This document shows positions 9,645 to 18,924 of a stretch of DNA of 53,106 nucleotides, in pieces (the stretch's first letter is position 1; each line of letters starts with the position of its first letter). Under the pieces are notes generated by a model, which saw only the letters and a list, made by a program, of their open reading frames with translations, ran no database searches and was not told the origin of the DNA. The DNA comes from an uncultured Lachnospiraceae bacterium (lineage in GTDB: Bacteria > Bacillota > Clostridia > Eubacteriales > Anaerofustaceae): positions 1 to 53,106 of the forward strand of contig CAZXWI010000001.1 in the NCBI GenBank assembly GCA_964644555.1, in the 5' to 3' direction. The translations under genes and the position numbers were made by a program.

Positions 9645-11153
9645 ATGAAAAATATAATTCGAGGGATAAATATGAATACTAATGCTTATCATAAAGTAAG
9701 CAAATATATCGAACTTTTGCAAAACGAAGGAATCGTTAAGGAAATAAGCCCAAATGCACAAAATTTACTTTTCAACAATTTGTGCTACAATTCCAATGAA
9801 ATCACAAAGGACACCCTTTTTATTTGCAAAGGGGCTCGCTTTAAAGAAGAATACATTCTTGGCAAAGAAAACGATGGACTTATTTGCTACATATCGGAAA
9901 AGAAATACAACCTAAAAAGCGAATATATAATCGTTACAGATGAAAAAAAGGCTCTTGCCATCGCAGCTCAGGAATATTTTAACTATGACAGCCAAGCTCC
10001 CGAAATATGCGCACTGGTTGGCACTAAGGGCAAAACGACCACAGTATATTTTCTCAAATCCATATTAAATGCATCCCAGAGAAAATATGCATATTCAACC
10101 ACAGTTGAAATGAACGACGGTGAAAAAACAAAAGCTTCGAATTTAACAACTCCGGAAAGCTTTGATTTGCATGAGCTTATATCAAGAGCAAAAGCTAATA
10201 ATTGCAAAAATATGATTATGGAAGTTTCTTCCATGGCATACAAAATGAAGCGTACCTATAATATGACATTCGCATTCACGGCATTTACCAATATTTCACC
10301 GGATCACATAAGCGCCAACGAACACCCCGATTTTGACGATTACCTCTCATGCAAAATAGGTATTCTGAATCAAGGCAAAACAGCCATAATCAATATTGAC
10401 GATGAACATTCCTCCGAAATATTAAAAAGGATACAGCCAACTACAAAGGTAATAACATATTCGCTGAAAAACACTTCTGCCGATATATACATGAAAGCCT
10501 TAACCCAAACGGAAAACGGCAAGCTCATTACCATCCATACCAATGAAGAAACATTCGATATACTAATGCATCTTCCCGGAGATTACAACATTCTTAACGC
10601 ACTTTGCGCCGTAAGCTGTGCATACGCAATGGGAATCGATATTGCATCAATTCAAAAGGGTTTTGAAGAAGTAAATGTGCCGGGCAGAATGGAAAAGATA
10701 AGCAAAAACGGCTACATAGCCATATGCGACTACGCACACAACAAAGTCAGTATGAATCTTGCAATGGAAGCCCTCAGCAGTGCATACCCGCAAAAGAAGA
10801 TAAAATGCATTTTCGGCTGTTCCTACAAAGTAAAACAAAGAAGAGAAGATATGGCATATGAATCTTCTCGAAAATGCGATTATGTATACATTACAAGCGA
10901 TAACCCCGGATTTGAGAACGCTCAAACAATAGCAGAAGAAATACAAAGCTTTTTAACCGAATACGGTTGCAAAAGCGAAATTGTTTTGGATAGAAAAGAA
11001 GCTATCCGTAAAGCAATAAATGAAATGCAAAAGGACGATATCGTATTTATTGCAGGTAAAGGCCATGAAGCATACCAAATAATAAACGGAGTCTATACCG
11101 AATACGAAGGCGATGCAAAGATAGCAAGAGAAGCAATGGAAATGTATAAATAA
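9645..11153 (+). CDS. murE: Mur ligase, MurE-type UDP-MurNAc-L-Ala-D-Glu:diamino-acid ligase
   Basis: Mur ligase P-loop GTKGKTTT and a three-domain length of about 500 aa. The C-terminal specificity motif reads DNPG (10899-10910). The start could instead be the internal ATG at 9672. Confidence 0.85.
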   Translation: MKNIIRGINMNTNAYHKVSKYIELLQNEGIVKEISPNAQNLLFNNLCYNSNEITKDTLFICKGARFKEEYILGKENDGLICYISEKKYNLKSEYIIVTDEKKALAIAAQEYFNYDSQAPEICALVGTKGKTTTVYFLKSILNASQRKYAYSTTVEMNDGEKTKASNLTTPESFDLHELISRAKANNCKNMIMEVSSMAYKMKRTYNMTFAFTAFTNISPDHISANEHPDFDDYLSCKIGILNQGKTAIINIDDEHSSEILKRIQPTTKVITYSLKNTSADIYMKALTQTENGKLITIHTNEETFDILMHLPGDYNILNALCAVSCAYAMGIDIASIQKGFEEVNVPGRMEKISKNGYIAICDYAHNKVSMNLAMEALSSAYPQKKIKCIFGCSYKVKQRREDMAYESSRKCDYVYITSDNPGFENAQTIAEEIQSFLTEYGCKSEIVLDRKEAIRKAINEMQKDDIVFIAGKGHEAYQIINGVYTEYEGDAKIAREAMEMYK

Positions 11154-11157
11154 CAAA

Positions 11158-11195
11158 CGACCGACCGTGTCATAAGCGGTCGGTTCTTTGTTTTG
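11158..11195 (+). terminator. Intrinsic terminator of murE
   Basis: Stem ACCGACCG/CGGTCGGT (11160-11184) followed by TCTTTGTTTT. Confidence 0.7.
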
Positions 11196-11340
11196 CGAAA
11201 TTACCCAAGAGGAAAATATGTTATAATTAACATAGGTCTATAATAACATAGTATTAATTTATTTCATAGTCATTTAATAAAAAACTTGATAAAATTTGAC
11301 TCTTTTGTTTGAATCCTACGGAAACCGAAAACTTCCTCAC

Positions 11341-11378
11341 TGAAAAATCAGGCGTGTCTTAATAAGACACACCTGATT
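11341..11378 (-). terminator. Intrinsic terminator ending the 11.4-16.3 kb importer operon
   Basis: 14-bp stem ATCAGGCGTGTCTT/AAGACACACCTGAT. On the minus strand it is followed by TTTTTCA, 13 nt after the methyltransferase stop. Confidence 0.7.
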
Positions 11379-11390
11379 TGATTTAACATA

Positions 11391-12275
11391 TTATCTTGTT
11401 CTGAACCATGTTACATCCGAACTTGTAGGAAGAAGGAAATAATAGCCTCCGTCCTTCTCTGTAAGGAATGAGTTAACATTTTTTCTGAACTGCTCTTGAT
11501 TTACCAATTCGGGATAGTCCGTGGCATTAATAAGATCTTCGTAAGCAGCTTCCTTTGTGGGATACCATTTATCCCAGCCTTCATCTACTTTTGTGATATG
11601 CACCTCAATACCCTGTTCTTCCAAAACTTTTTTAAGGCTCGGACCATGCATGGGCAGCTTGTCGCTCATATCTATAGGACCACGACCTCCGAAAAGCTCT
11701 GTTTTTTCACCGGGTTTGGGTTCTGGTCTTTTTCTTTCTCGATCAAAAGGTCTTAAATCGGGGTGAGCCTGCATTGCCTCTTCGGAGTAACAATCTGTGA
11801 AGAGTTTACCTCTCGATTCGGGCAAACAAGGAGCGCCGTCCGACCACATAACGCTTACGGCAAATTGTCTTGCAGCCTTTTGAAGCATTTTAAGCGAGCT
11901 TGGGCCTCCGCCACCTCTTGACTGAATTACAACATCAACTTCCGGTATGGTAGTTCCGATTTCCGTTTCCTGCCAATCGGCATAAACAAATTCAACATTG
12001 GTTATACCTGCGGCTTCGCAGTTTTTTCTGCATTCTTCAAGCATACCCTCGGAGTTATCAAGGCAAATAACTTTTTTTACTCTCTTTGCAGCCTGTATTG
12101 CCACTCGTCCAGGGCCACAGCCGCAGTCCAAAACTACCATGTCTTCCGTAAGAGGCATTGCATCTAATTGCAAATTCGTTCCGTTTACTTCCATCAAAGT
12201 CATAAAGCTGTAGCCTCTTGCAGCTTTATCCCACATACTGGGTTTGACAGGAGTAGCTATTATGGTTTCTGTCAT
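11391..12275 (-). CDS. Class I SAM-dependent methyltransferase with uncharacterised C-terminal domain
   Basis: SAM motif I VLDCGCGPGRVA and post-I acidic residue (CLDNSEGM). The start was moved to the MTETII ATG (12275) because the longer ORF overlaps the upstream gene by 23 nt. Confidence 0.75.
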   Translation of the reverse strand: MTETIIATPVKPSMWDKAARGYSFMTLMEVNGTNLQLDAMPLTEDMVVLDCGCGPGRVAIQAAKRVKKVICLDNSEGMLEECRKNCEAAGITNVEFVYADWQETEIGTTIPEVDVVIQSRGGGGPSSLKMLQKAARQFAVSVMWSDGAPCLPESRGKLFTDCYSEEAMQAHPDLRPFDRERKRPEPKPGEKTELFGGRGPIDMSDKLPMHGPSLKKVLEEQGIEVHITKVDEGWDKWYPTKEAAYEDLINATDYPELVNQEQFRKNVNSFLTEKDGGYYFLLPTSSDVTWFRTR

Positions 12276-12291
12276 TTTTATTTTTCCGTTT

Positions 12292-13116
12292 CTATAATAG
12301 ATTCCAATTACCAACCGATTTTCTCACATCAGTAAATCCGTACTTCACAAAATCGGTATTTAAAAATTCCTTTAAAAATTCTTCGGCAGCTTCCTTATTC
12401 TGTGCATTATCGGGTATTACCGCCGCATGAAATATAGTTGTGCCGAATATTTCGTTTCCGCCGTCAACAACAAAAGACACCTTGTTATACTCTTCTTCGA
12501 AATTTTCATCCCCCAAATTCATAACTTTCGGCAAAAGAGCATAATTAAAATTGTTACCTACTGCGGAACTTCGATAGGATATCTGATATACATTATCTTC
12601 GCACATTGGGGCAAATGCCTTATGCTCAGGCTTTTTATTATCGGGCTTTCTGTTTCTTTCGTACTGCTTTCTGTCTAAGCCCTTATAATTTGGGTTTGAA
12701 AATATTCTTTCGCTCAAACCATCTTCAACCCTATCCGCAAGCTTGATTGCCATAACGGCTCTGTATCCGCTCGGGTCGTCGTAAGGGTTCATATGTTTTA
12801 ATGTTGCCTCATCTGAGGTAAGCTTTTCAGCCCAATTATCATCATTTACATCATTTCCCACAACAACCATCTCATTTCCGCCCCAAATGTAGTATCCGCT
12901 ACAATATTCGGGCATCATCAATTGCTTGATGTTGCTGTCATCGGCAAGGAGCATCAAATCGAATTTTTCGCCTGATAAAAGCTTGTTGATACCGCCTGTA
13001 GAGCCGCCCATAATAAGCTCGCACTCCATATCGGGGTTTTCTTTTTTATAACGCTCTAATGTTTCTTTGGCAATTTTTCCACATACACCTGCGCTGAATA
13101 TTCTAAGCATTTTCAC
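12292..13116 (-). CDS. ModA/WtpA-like periplasmic-binding-protein-fold protein lacking a signal peptide (predicted cytoplasmic)
   Basis: Type-II PBP-like blocks (IMGGSTGGINKLLSGEKFDLMLLADD, DPSGYRA) resemble oxyanion-binding proteins. There is no hydrophobic N-terminus or lipobox. Confidence 0.6.
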   Translation of the reverse strand: MKMLRIFSAGVCGKIAKETLERYKKENPDMECELIMGGSTGGINKLLSGEKFDLMLLADDSNIKQLMMPEYCSGYYIWGGNEMVVVGNDVNDDNWAEKLTSDEATLKHMNPYDDPSGYRAVMAIKLADRVEDGLSERIFSNPNYKGLDRKQYERNRKPDNKKPEHKAFAPMCEDNVYQISYRSSAVGNNFNYALLPKVMNLGDENFEEEYNKVSFVVDGGNEIFGTTIFHAAVIPDNAQNKEAAEEFLKEFLNTDFVKYGFTDVRKSVGNWNLL

Positions 13117-13126
13117 CTCCGTATAA

Positions 13127-13897
13127 CTAACAGACTATGCAAACATTTCGTTTGGCATCTTCGTCATATACAGTTTTAATATCGAGATTATATAATGACG
13201 AAAGCATTTCCTTATTTAGGGTATCAGCCGCATGCCCCACACCCAATACACCGTTTTTGTCAAGTATTGCAACTTTGCCGTCAAGTATAATTGCGTGATC
13301 CGGATTATGTGTAGTCATAATTACGGCATACCCCTCTTTCGCAAGTTCTTTTACCATTTGCACAACACGATATTGATTGCCGTAATCAAGATGTGCCGTT
13401 GGTTCATCAAGCAAAATAAGCTTGGGCTGTTGTGTTAAAGCTCTTGCTATGGTAACTTGCTGACGCTCTCCCCCCGATATTTCGGTATAAGCTTTGTCCT
13501 TAAGATGAAGTATATTCATTCTCTCCAGGGATTCTTCGGCTATCATATAATCCTCTTTTGACGGTTTTGAGAATGTTCCGATATAGGGTGTTCTGCCCAT
13601 AACGGTAAATTCCAATACGGTATATGCATAAGCAGGAGTATGTATCTGCGGCACATATCCTATTATTCTGGCAACATCGTTCATGCTCATTGAACTTGAA
13701 TCTTTACCGTTTAAATATATATGTCCGCTTGCGGGTTTAAACAGATTCGCAATGCAGTTCAGCAAAGTGGACTTGCCAGCACCGTTTGTTCCCAAAATGG
13801 ACAGAACCTCGCCCTCATCAAGCTGAAAACAAACATCATGAAATATAGTTCGGCTGTTATAATATTTGTAGCTTAAATCTTGTACATCAAGTATCAT
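13127..13897 (-). CDS. ABC transporter ATP-binding protein, FepC/BtuD (type II importer) family
   Basis: Walker A GTNGAGKST, signature ISGGERQ, Walker B LILLDEPT. 4-nt overlap with the permease gene. Confidence 0.9.
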   Translation of the reverse strand: MILDVQDLSYKYYNSRTIFHDVCFQLDEGEVLSILGTNGAGKSTLLNCIANLFKPASGHIYLNGKDSSSMSMNDVARIIGYVPQIHTPAYAYTVLEFTVMGRTPYIGTFSKPSKEDYMIAEESLERMNILHLKDKAYTEISGGERQQVTIARALTQQPKLILLDEPTAHLDYGNQYRVVQMVKELAKEGYAVIMTTHNPDHAIILDGKVAILDKNGVLGVGHAADTLNKEMLSSLYNLDIKTVYDEDAKRNVCIVC

Positions 13898-14940
13898 GTC
13901 AAAGTCCTGTTCTGTTTAATTAAAATGAAAATAAAGAAAGGTGCGCCGATTATACCCGTCAATACGCCCAATTTGAGTTCAGCCGTAGATAATGTTCTGC
14001 AAAGCATATCTATTATAAGCATAAAGATTGAACCCAAAAGCATTGCCATAGGAAGCATTTTTTTATTGTCAGAGCCGATAAGCATTCGGGATGTGTGAGG
14101 TATTATCAAACCTACCCAGCCGATACTGCCCGAAACACTTACGCAACTTGCGGTTATCAATGTTGAAAAGAAAATAAACATTCCTCTGGTTTTTTGAAGA
14201 TTGATTCCCAGTGAACGTGCTTCGTTATCTCCCAAAGACAAAACATTGAGTCGATAACGCATTAATATAATCAAAAAGCACGGTATCAACACCATCGGCA
14301 ATATCGACAAAAGTTCCGACATGGTTATTGTGGCAAACGACCCCATTGTCCAATAAGTGATTTCCGCCAATTGAGTATCGGTATCAGCCAAAGCTTTTAT
14401 TACACTCATTACCGATGACATAAGGCTGCTTACCACGACACCGGATAAGATAAGTATCGTAGTGGATTGACTTTTAATCAATTTCGGAATGAGCGTTGTA
14501 ATAAATACCGCCGCAATTCCTCCAATGAATGCCAAAAGCTGAATAAAGAGGCTGTTGAAATTCAATAAAATAGCAACTGCCGCCCCTATGCACGCACCGG
14601 ATGAAACCCCAAGTAAATCGGGGGATGCCATCGGGTTTTTGAATATGCTTTGATAACAAGCACCCGATAAAGCAAGCCCTGCCCCTACGACTACCGATGT
14701 CAATGTTCGGGGTAAACGCAGATTAATTACCACAGCTTCCTCGATATTCGACCATGTTTTTTTAATGCCGAAAATTTTTGATGCCAAAATTTTAATTACA
14801 TCACCCAAATTAATGCTGTATCGCCCAAGTGCAAGTGATGCGGCTACCGTCAGTAACAGAGCCGCAAACACTATGCCGACAACAACCCGATATTTTTTAT
14901 CGGAAAAATTTGTGGATTTATTGTCAATTGATTTTTTCAT
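13894..14940 (-). CDS. FecCD/BtuC-family ABC importer permease
   Basis: About 10 TM helices and conserved FecCD blocks (RLPRTL, GAGLALSG, NPMASPDLLGVSSGA, TGIIGAPFFI). Confidence 0.9.
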   Translation of the reverse strand: MKKSIDNKSTNFSDKKYRVVVGIVFAALLLTVAASLALGRYSINLGDVIKILASKIFGIKKTWSNIEEAVVINLRLPRTLTSVVVGAGLALSGACYQSIFKNPMASPDLLGVSSGACIGAAVAILLNFNSLFIQLLAFIGGIAAVFITTLIPKLIKSQSTTILILSGVVVSSLMSSVMSVIKALADTDTQLAEITYWTMGSFATITMSELLSILPMVLIPCFLIILMRYRLNVLSLGDNEARSLGINLQKTRGMFIFFSTLITASCVSVSGSIGWVGLIIPHTSRMLIGSDNKKMLPMAMLLGSIFMLIIDMLCRTLSTAELKLGVLTGIIGAPFFIFILIKQNRTLT

Positions 14941-14961
14941 TGTTAAGAATTAAAAGTAAAA

Positions 14962-16077
14962 TTAGTTAAGTTCCTGTGTTCCATCAGGAAGCAAACCGTT
15001 TAACATATTGTTAGCCTGATCTTTTGTAAGCTCAGTGCCGTTCATTGTTTTGTAAAAGCTAATGATCTGCTCTGCCATGTAATCTTTTGTTATGCCGTTA
15101 GCTTCTGCGATTTCAGGCTGGATGCACAATAAAGCGTAATCTACCTGCAAGTAGCTTTCAAGTCCGAATCTATCCCAGTTAAAGCATGCATAGGGGTTGT
15201 TGTAAACTCTGCCGTTCTGAACTGCTTTGAGGTCTTTCCAACCGTCTGATGTTGCAATCTGTTCAAGAAGCTTATGCTGATATACGCCACCAACGATGAT
15301 AACATCAGGGTTTGCAGCAAAGATTTCTTCAACTGTGATTTCGTTGCCGGCAAGATTGATAACTGCAGGTAAGTATTTACCTCCGTTTGCTTCAACCCAG
15401 TTCTGAATAATTGTATTCTGACCCATTGTAGCTGTAAGGCTGTCGCTCTGACCGGAAATGTACATAACTACAGGTTTGTCTTCATCTGCCACATTTGCAA
15501 CGAGGTTTTTGTTGTTTTCAATCTTTGTACCGACTTCTGTACACCACCAGGTGAGTTTTTCTTTGTATTCACCGCCCAAGATTTCAGCGAGCATTGTGTA
15601 TGCCTGAATCATTGTATCGTAGTTACTGAAGTTGATGTTGATTGCGGGAATACCAGCATCTCTGATCTGCTGAGCGTATCCGTCTTTAGCTGATGAAGGA
15701 TGCACGATTACCAGGTCCGGTTCGAGTTTAACGAGTTCTTCAACTGCGGGAGTTGTTCCGCCGAGGCCCTGAATTTCAGTACAACCTTCGTAGAAGAATT
15801 TTGTCCAACCGTTCATTGTTGCAGGTGTGTTCATTGCAAGACCGCTTACGAGGTCTCCTGCACCCATGACAAAGAATGAAGATGTACCTGCAGGCCAAAG
15901 GTTAACGATTGTTTTTACTTCGCCCTCGATAGTTACTTCATCACCGCTCATGTCGGTTACTGTGATTGTTCTGTTTGTAAGATCTTCTTCATTGTTTTTG
16001 GAGCTTGTGCAGCCTGCAAAAACGCTTAAAGCAATAAGAACAACTAATAAAACAGAAACTATTTTTTTCGTTTTCAT
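14962..16077 (-). CDS. Lipoprotein substrate-binding protein of BtuF/FhuD (class III PBP) type
   Basis: Signal peptide with lipobox FAGC. Two-lobe PBP blocks (LEPDLVIV, ANPDVIIVGG). Strong RBS AAGGAGAA. Confidence 0.85.
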   Translation of the reverse strand: MKTKKIVSVLLVVLIALSVFAGCTSSKNNEEDLTNRTITVTDMSGDEVTIEGEVKTIVNLWPAGTSSFFVMGAGDLVSGLAMNTPATMNGWTKFFYEGCTEIQGLGGTTPAVEELVKLEPDLVIVHPSSAKDGYAQQIRDAGIPAININFSNYDTMIQAYTMLAEILGGEYKEKLTWWCTEVGTKIENNKNLVANVADEDKPVVMYISGQSDSLTATMGQNTIIQNWVEANGGKYLPAVINLAGNEITVEEIFAANPDVIIVGGVYQHKLLEQIATSDGWKDLKAVQNGRVYNNPYACFNWDRFGLESYLQVDYALLCIQPEIAEANGITKDYMAEQIISFYKTMNGTELTKDQANNMLNGLLPDGTQELN

Positions 16078-16309
16078 ATTGTTTTCTCCTTAGGTTTTAT
16101 ATTTAAATATCATATCGATATTTAGGCAAAATAAAATGGGTTCCCGTAGTATATAAAATTTTACATACTAAAAAGGAACCCACAGTGTGCGTAAATCAAT
16201 AATATTTCACTTGCAGTATTCCTTTCCAAATACGGGAGGCAAACAAATTTCTTAGTTTACCCATCGGTTATTTTCCTTGGTCAAAGCTTTAGGAATAATA
16301 ACTCGGAAT
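16078..16309 (-). promoter_or_regulatory. Long 5' leader with internal intrinsic terminator (candidate riboswitch or attenuator, class unresolved)
   Basis: On the minus strand, GGGTTCC-TTTT-TAGTAT...ATACTA-CG-GGAACCC is followed by ATTTTATTTT, ending about 50 nt before the start codon. Upstream AAAGGAA can pair with the TTCCTTT of the terminator 5' arm. Confidence 0.45.
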
Positions 16310-16315
16310 AATTTC

Positions 16316-16344
16316 ATTATACTTAATATTCCAAAATGTTGCAA
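16316..16344 (-). promoter_or_regulatory. Sigma-70-type promoter of the importer operon
   Basis: TTGCAA (16339-16344), 17-nt spacer, TATAAT (16316-16321) on the minus strand. Confidence 0.55.
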
Positions 16345-16453
16345 TTATCATATGTTAAATTTAACATATTTTTTCATACTAAATTTACATTTTTCGACAA
16401 GAGAAGGCTTGCAAATGCAAACCTTTTTGTATAAGAGAAATAAAATCTTGTTT

Positions 16454-18745
16454 TTAATTTAAGAACATACCAACATAATCGTCGTCATCAAGTTCTTGTT
16501 CTTCTTCACAAACAGACTCTTCTTCTTTTTCGATAGATTCGGTATCTATGTTTTCTTCCTTCTGACAAGGCTGTTCTGTATTCGTTTCTTCTGTGTCGGA
16601 AAGAGCTTGATTATATTCTGCAACAAGCGAATCGTAATCGTTTTCGTAGACTGTTAATTCAGGATTTTCTTTAACAGATTCTTCAACATAATCTTCATTT
16701 ACCAAATCGGATTTTATTTCGTCAATAACTTCATCACTTTCAACTCTCTCCAAAATGCTGTCAAGCAAATCGGGAGTGTCCTCAATGGATATATTTTCTT
16801 CGGATTCTTCGATTTCCGAAACTGCTTTTACATTATCCGCTTCTTCGATATCTTCGCTTTCCACATCCTCTGCACATTCCTGCTTGGCAGCTGAATATTC
16901 TTCAATTAACGAATCATAGTCATTTTCGTAGCTTGTAATAACAGTGTCCCCTTCGGTGATGATTATTTCCTCATTACTATCGTTTTCTGCCGAATCGCCA
17001 TTTTCTTCATCACTAATTGCAGATGTTTCATAATCCAAAGAATCGTAATCACTTTCGTATGAAGTATCTTCATTCGTTTCTTCTACGCACTCTGTAGTAT
17101 CTTTATCACATTCTTCTTTATATACCGAACTTTCGGGCAGAGCATTATCGCAAATTTCTTCGGATTCATTCCTATTTAAAATACCATCAAGTGTATTGAG
17201 TGTTTTATCATATGTTTTTTCAGCCGCTTCACATACTCCCGTCAATACACCGTCTGTTGCATTTACAATATCGGATTTTTCGCCAAATTCCTTATTTACC
17301 GATAAGCCGGCTTGTTCCCTCTCGACTTCTTCGCTGTAGCTTGTCGGGTCTTTGGCATACTTTGATACATTGGTTATTACACTGTTACCCATTTCGGATT
17401 TAATCGTTTTTTCGTAATCAAAATATACATCATCAATACCGTCTATTACGCTCTTATCCGCACGCTTATAATACTGACCGGTATATTTAAGAGTCATTTC
17501 CTCGGTAACACCGTGATTTTTAATCAAATCTTCGTAAAACTCACCACTGTTTTTAACTGTGCGCTTCTGAGTTTCGTAATCAACCTTAACGAGTCCGAAT
17601 CTTGCACTTTCGCCCTCGAGCCATTCGAAATTATCCGTAAAGCTCCAATGATAATAACGCATATAAGGAAGATCAGACTCACTCATTGCCTTTAAATGCT
17701 CATATATAAACTTTATTCTGAAATCATCCGTATTGTCGCATGTTCCGTTTTCCGTAACATATATCGGCATGGGTGCAATATCGTATAATTTTTTTGCACA
17801 AATATTGATTCCTTCCGGGTATATTTCCCAACCCAAGTCATTAACGGGAGCAAATTCTTTTACACCGTCCTCAAAGCCGGTTAAAGTGGATCTGCTGTAA
17901 TAATTGAGTGCAATAAAATCAGCATACAACCCTTTGGGCAAATCGAGTTTTTTTATGGGACGCTCGCATTCTCCGAGAGTCATTGCCTTCACTACGGCAG
18001 TTTGGAAATATTGCTCCGTTTTTCTTACCGCAAATCTTTGGTATGCGCTTTTTTCATCTTTGGGTTCAAACACTCTCATATGGATACTGTAGCTGACCTT
18101 GGTGTTGGTGTAACCCATTTGGTTTCTGATTTCGTGAATGAGATTATATGCTTTAATATGGCACTTTGCCATATTGGTAAGAACCTTGCCCATCAATTTT
18201 AATTTTTGTTTCCCCGGAGGCCAAGAGCCGAAGAAAAATCCGTTTATGGCATATACATTCGGTTCATTTATTGTAATATATTCGCTTACAATATCCCCGA
18301 TGGATTCAATCATCTTTTTAACATAGTGCAAAAATATTTCCACACATTCGTCATTTTCGAATCCACCCATATTTTCAAACCACATCGGGTTGGAAAAATG
18401 ATGCAATGTTACAAGAGGTGTTATGCCTGATGAAATCAAATACGATATAACATCTCGATAATGCTTGATTTCTCCGTTGTTAAATACTCCCTTGGTAGGT
18501 TCTATTCTGCTCCATTCGATGCTCAAACGGTAATGGGTAATACCCATTTTTGCCATAAGGTCGATATCTTCTTTATATAAATGATAATGATCATTGGCTC
18601 TCAGCGGAGATGATGAGTCTTTGATATAACCTTTTTTGTACCAATCATACCAACTGTTTCTTTTGTCCGAGCCTTCAACCTGTGTTGCACTGCTTGCCAC
18701 ACCAAGTTCTAAATCATCTTTCAATCGTAATTCTTCCATAACCAA
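16454..18745 (-). CDS. Glycoside hydrolase family 1 (beta-glucosidase type) fused to an acidic repeat-containing C-terminal tail of about 320 aa
   Basis: GH1 acid/base motif ITINEPN and nucleophile motif YVTENG within aa 1 to about 445. No signal peptide. The remainder is D/E/S-rich. Confidence 0.85.
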   Translation of the reverse strand: MVMEELRLKDDLELGVASSATQVEGSDKRNSWYDWYKKGYIKDSSSPLRANDHYHLYKEDIDLMAKMGITHYRLSIEWSRIEPTKGVFNNGEIKHYRDVISYLISSGITPLVTLHHFSNPMWFENMGGFENDECVEIFLHYVKKMIESIGDIVSEYITINEPNVYAINGFFFGSWPPGKQKLKLMGKVLTNMAKCHIKAYNLIHEIRNQMGYTNTKVSYSIHMRVFEPKDEKSAYQRFAVRKTEQYFQTAVVKAMTLGECERPIKKLDLPKGLYADFIALNYYSRSTLTGFEDGVKEFAPVNDLGWEIYPEGINICAKKLYDIAPMPIYVTENGTCDNTDDFRIKFIYEHLKAMSESDLPYMRYYHWSFTDNFEWLEGESARFGLVKVDYETQKRTVKNSGEFYEDLIKNHGVTEEMTLKYTGQYYKRADKSVIDGIDDVYFDYEKTIKSEMGNSVITNVSKYAKDPTSYSEEVEREQAGLSVNKEFGEKSDIVNATDGVLTGVCEAAEKTYDKTLNTLDGILNRNESEEICDNALPESSVYKEECDKDTTECVEETNEDTSYESDYDSLDYETSAISDEENGDSAENDSNEEIIITEGDTVITSYENDYDSLIEEYSAAKQECAEDVESEDIEEADNVKAVSEIEESEENISIEDTPDLLDSILERVESDEVIDEIKSDLVNEDYVEESVKENPELTVYENDYDSLVAEYNQALSDTEETNTEQPCQKEENIDTESIEKEEESVCEEEQELDDDDYVGMFLN
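16625..17059 (-). repeat. Three in-frame coding repeats (YE[N/S]DYDSL) inside the GH1 tail
   Basis: 24-nt cores at 16625-16648, 16907-16930 and 17036-17059 encode VYENDYDSLVAEY, SYENDYDSLIEEY and SYESDYDSLDYE. Confidence 0.8.
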
Positions 18746-18924
18746 ACCTCTTAATGAGAATATCTTGCTGAATATATATTATACATTAAAAAATACAAAA
18801 CTTAATATACATTTCGGTAATTTAATGGAAGAATTTTTATTTTTCACTTTTAGGTATATTTATATACCCCATTTTAAACAAAATGATATATAATTATTAT
18901 ATTAGCTAGTAAAAGAGGTGCATT

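Noticed and set aside
16405-16429. Hairpin AGGCTTGCA-AA-TGCAAACCT plus T-run as the terminator of the GH1 gene.
   Set aside because: The T-run follows the hairpin only on the plus strand, whereas the GH1 gene is on the minus strand. It may stop antisense read-through, but it cannot be called the GH1 terminator.
16277-16462. 61-aa plus-strand ORF between the GH1 gene and the importer operon.
   Set aside because: It overlaps the predicted promoter and leader on the other strand. It has no RBS and an implausible composition.
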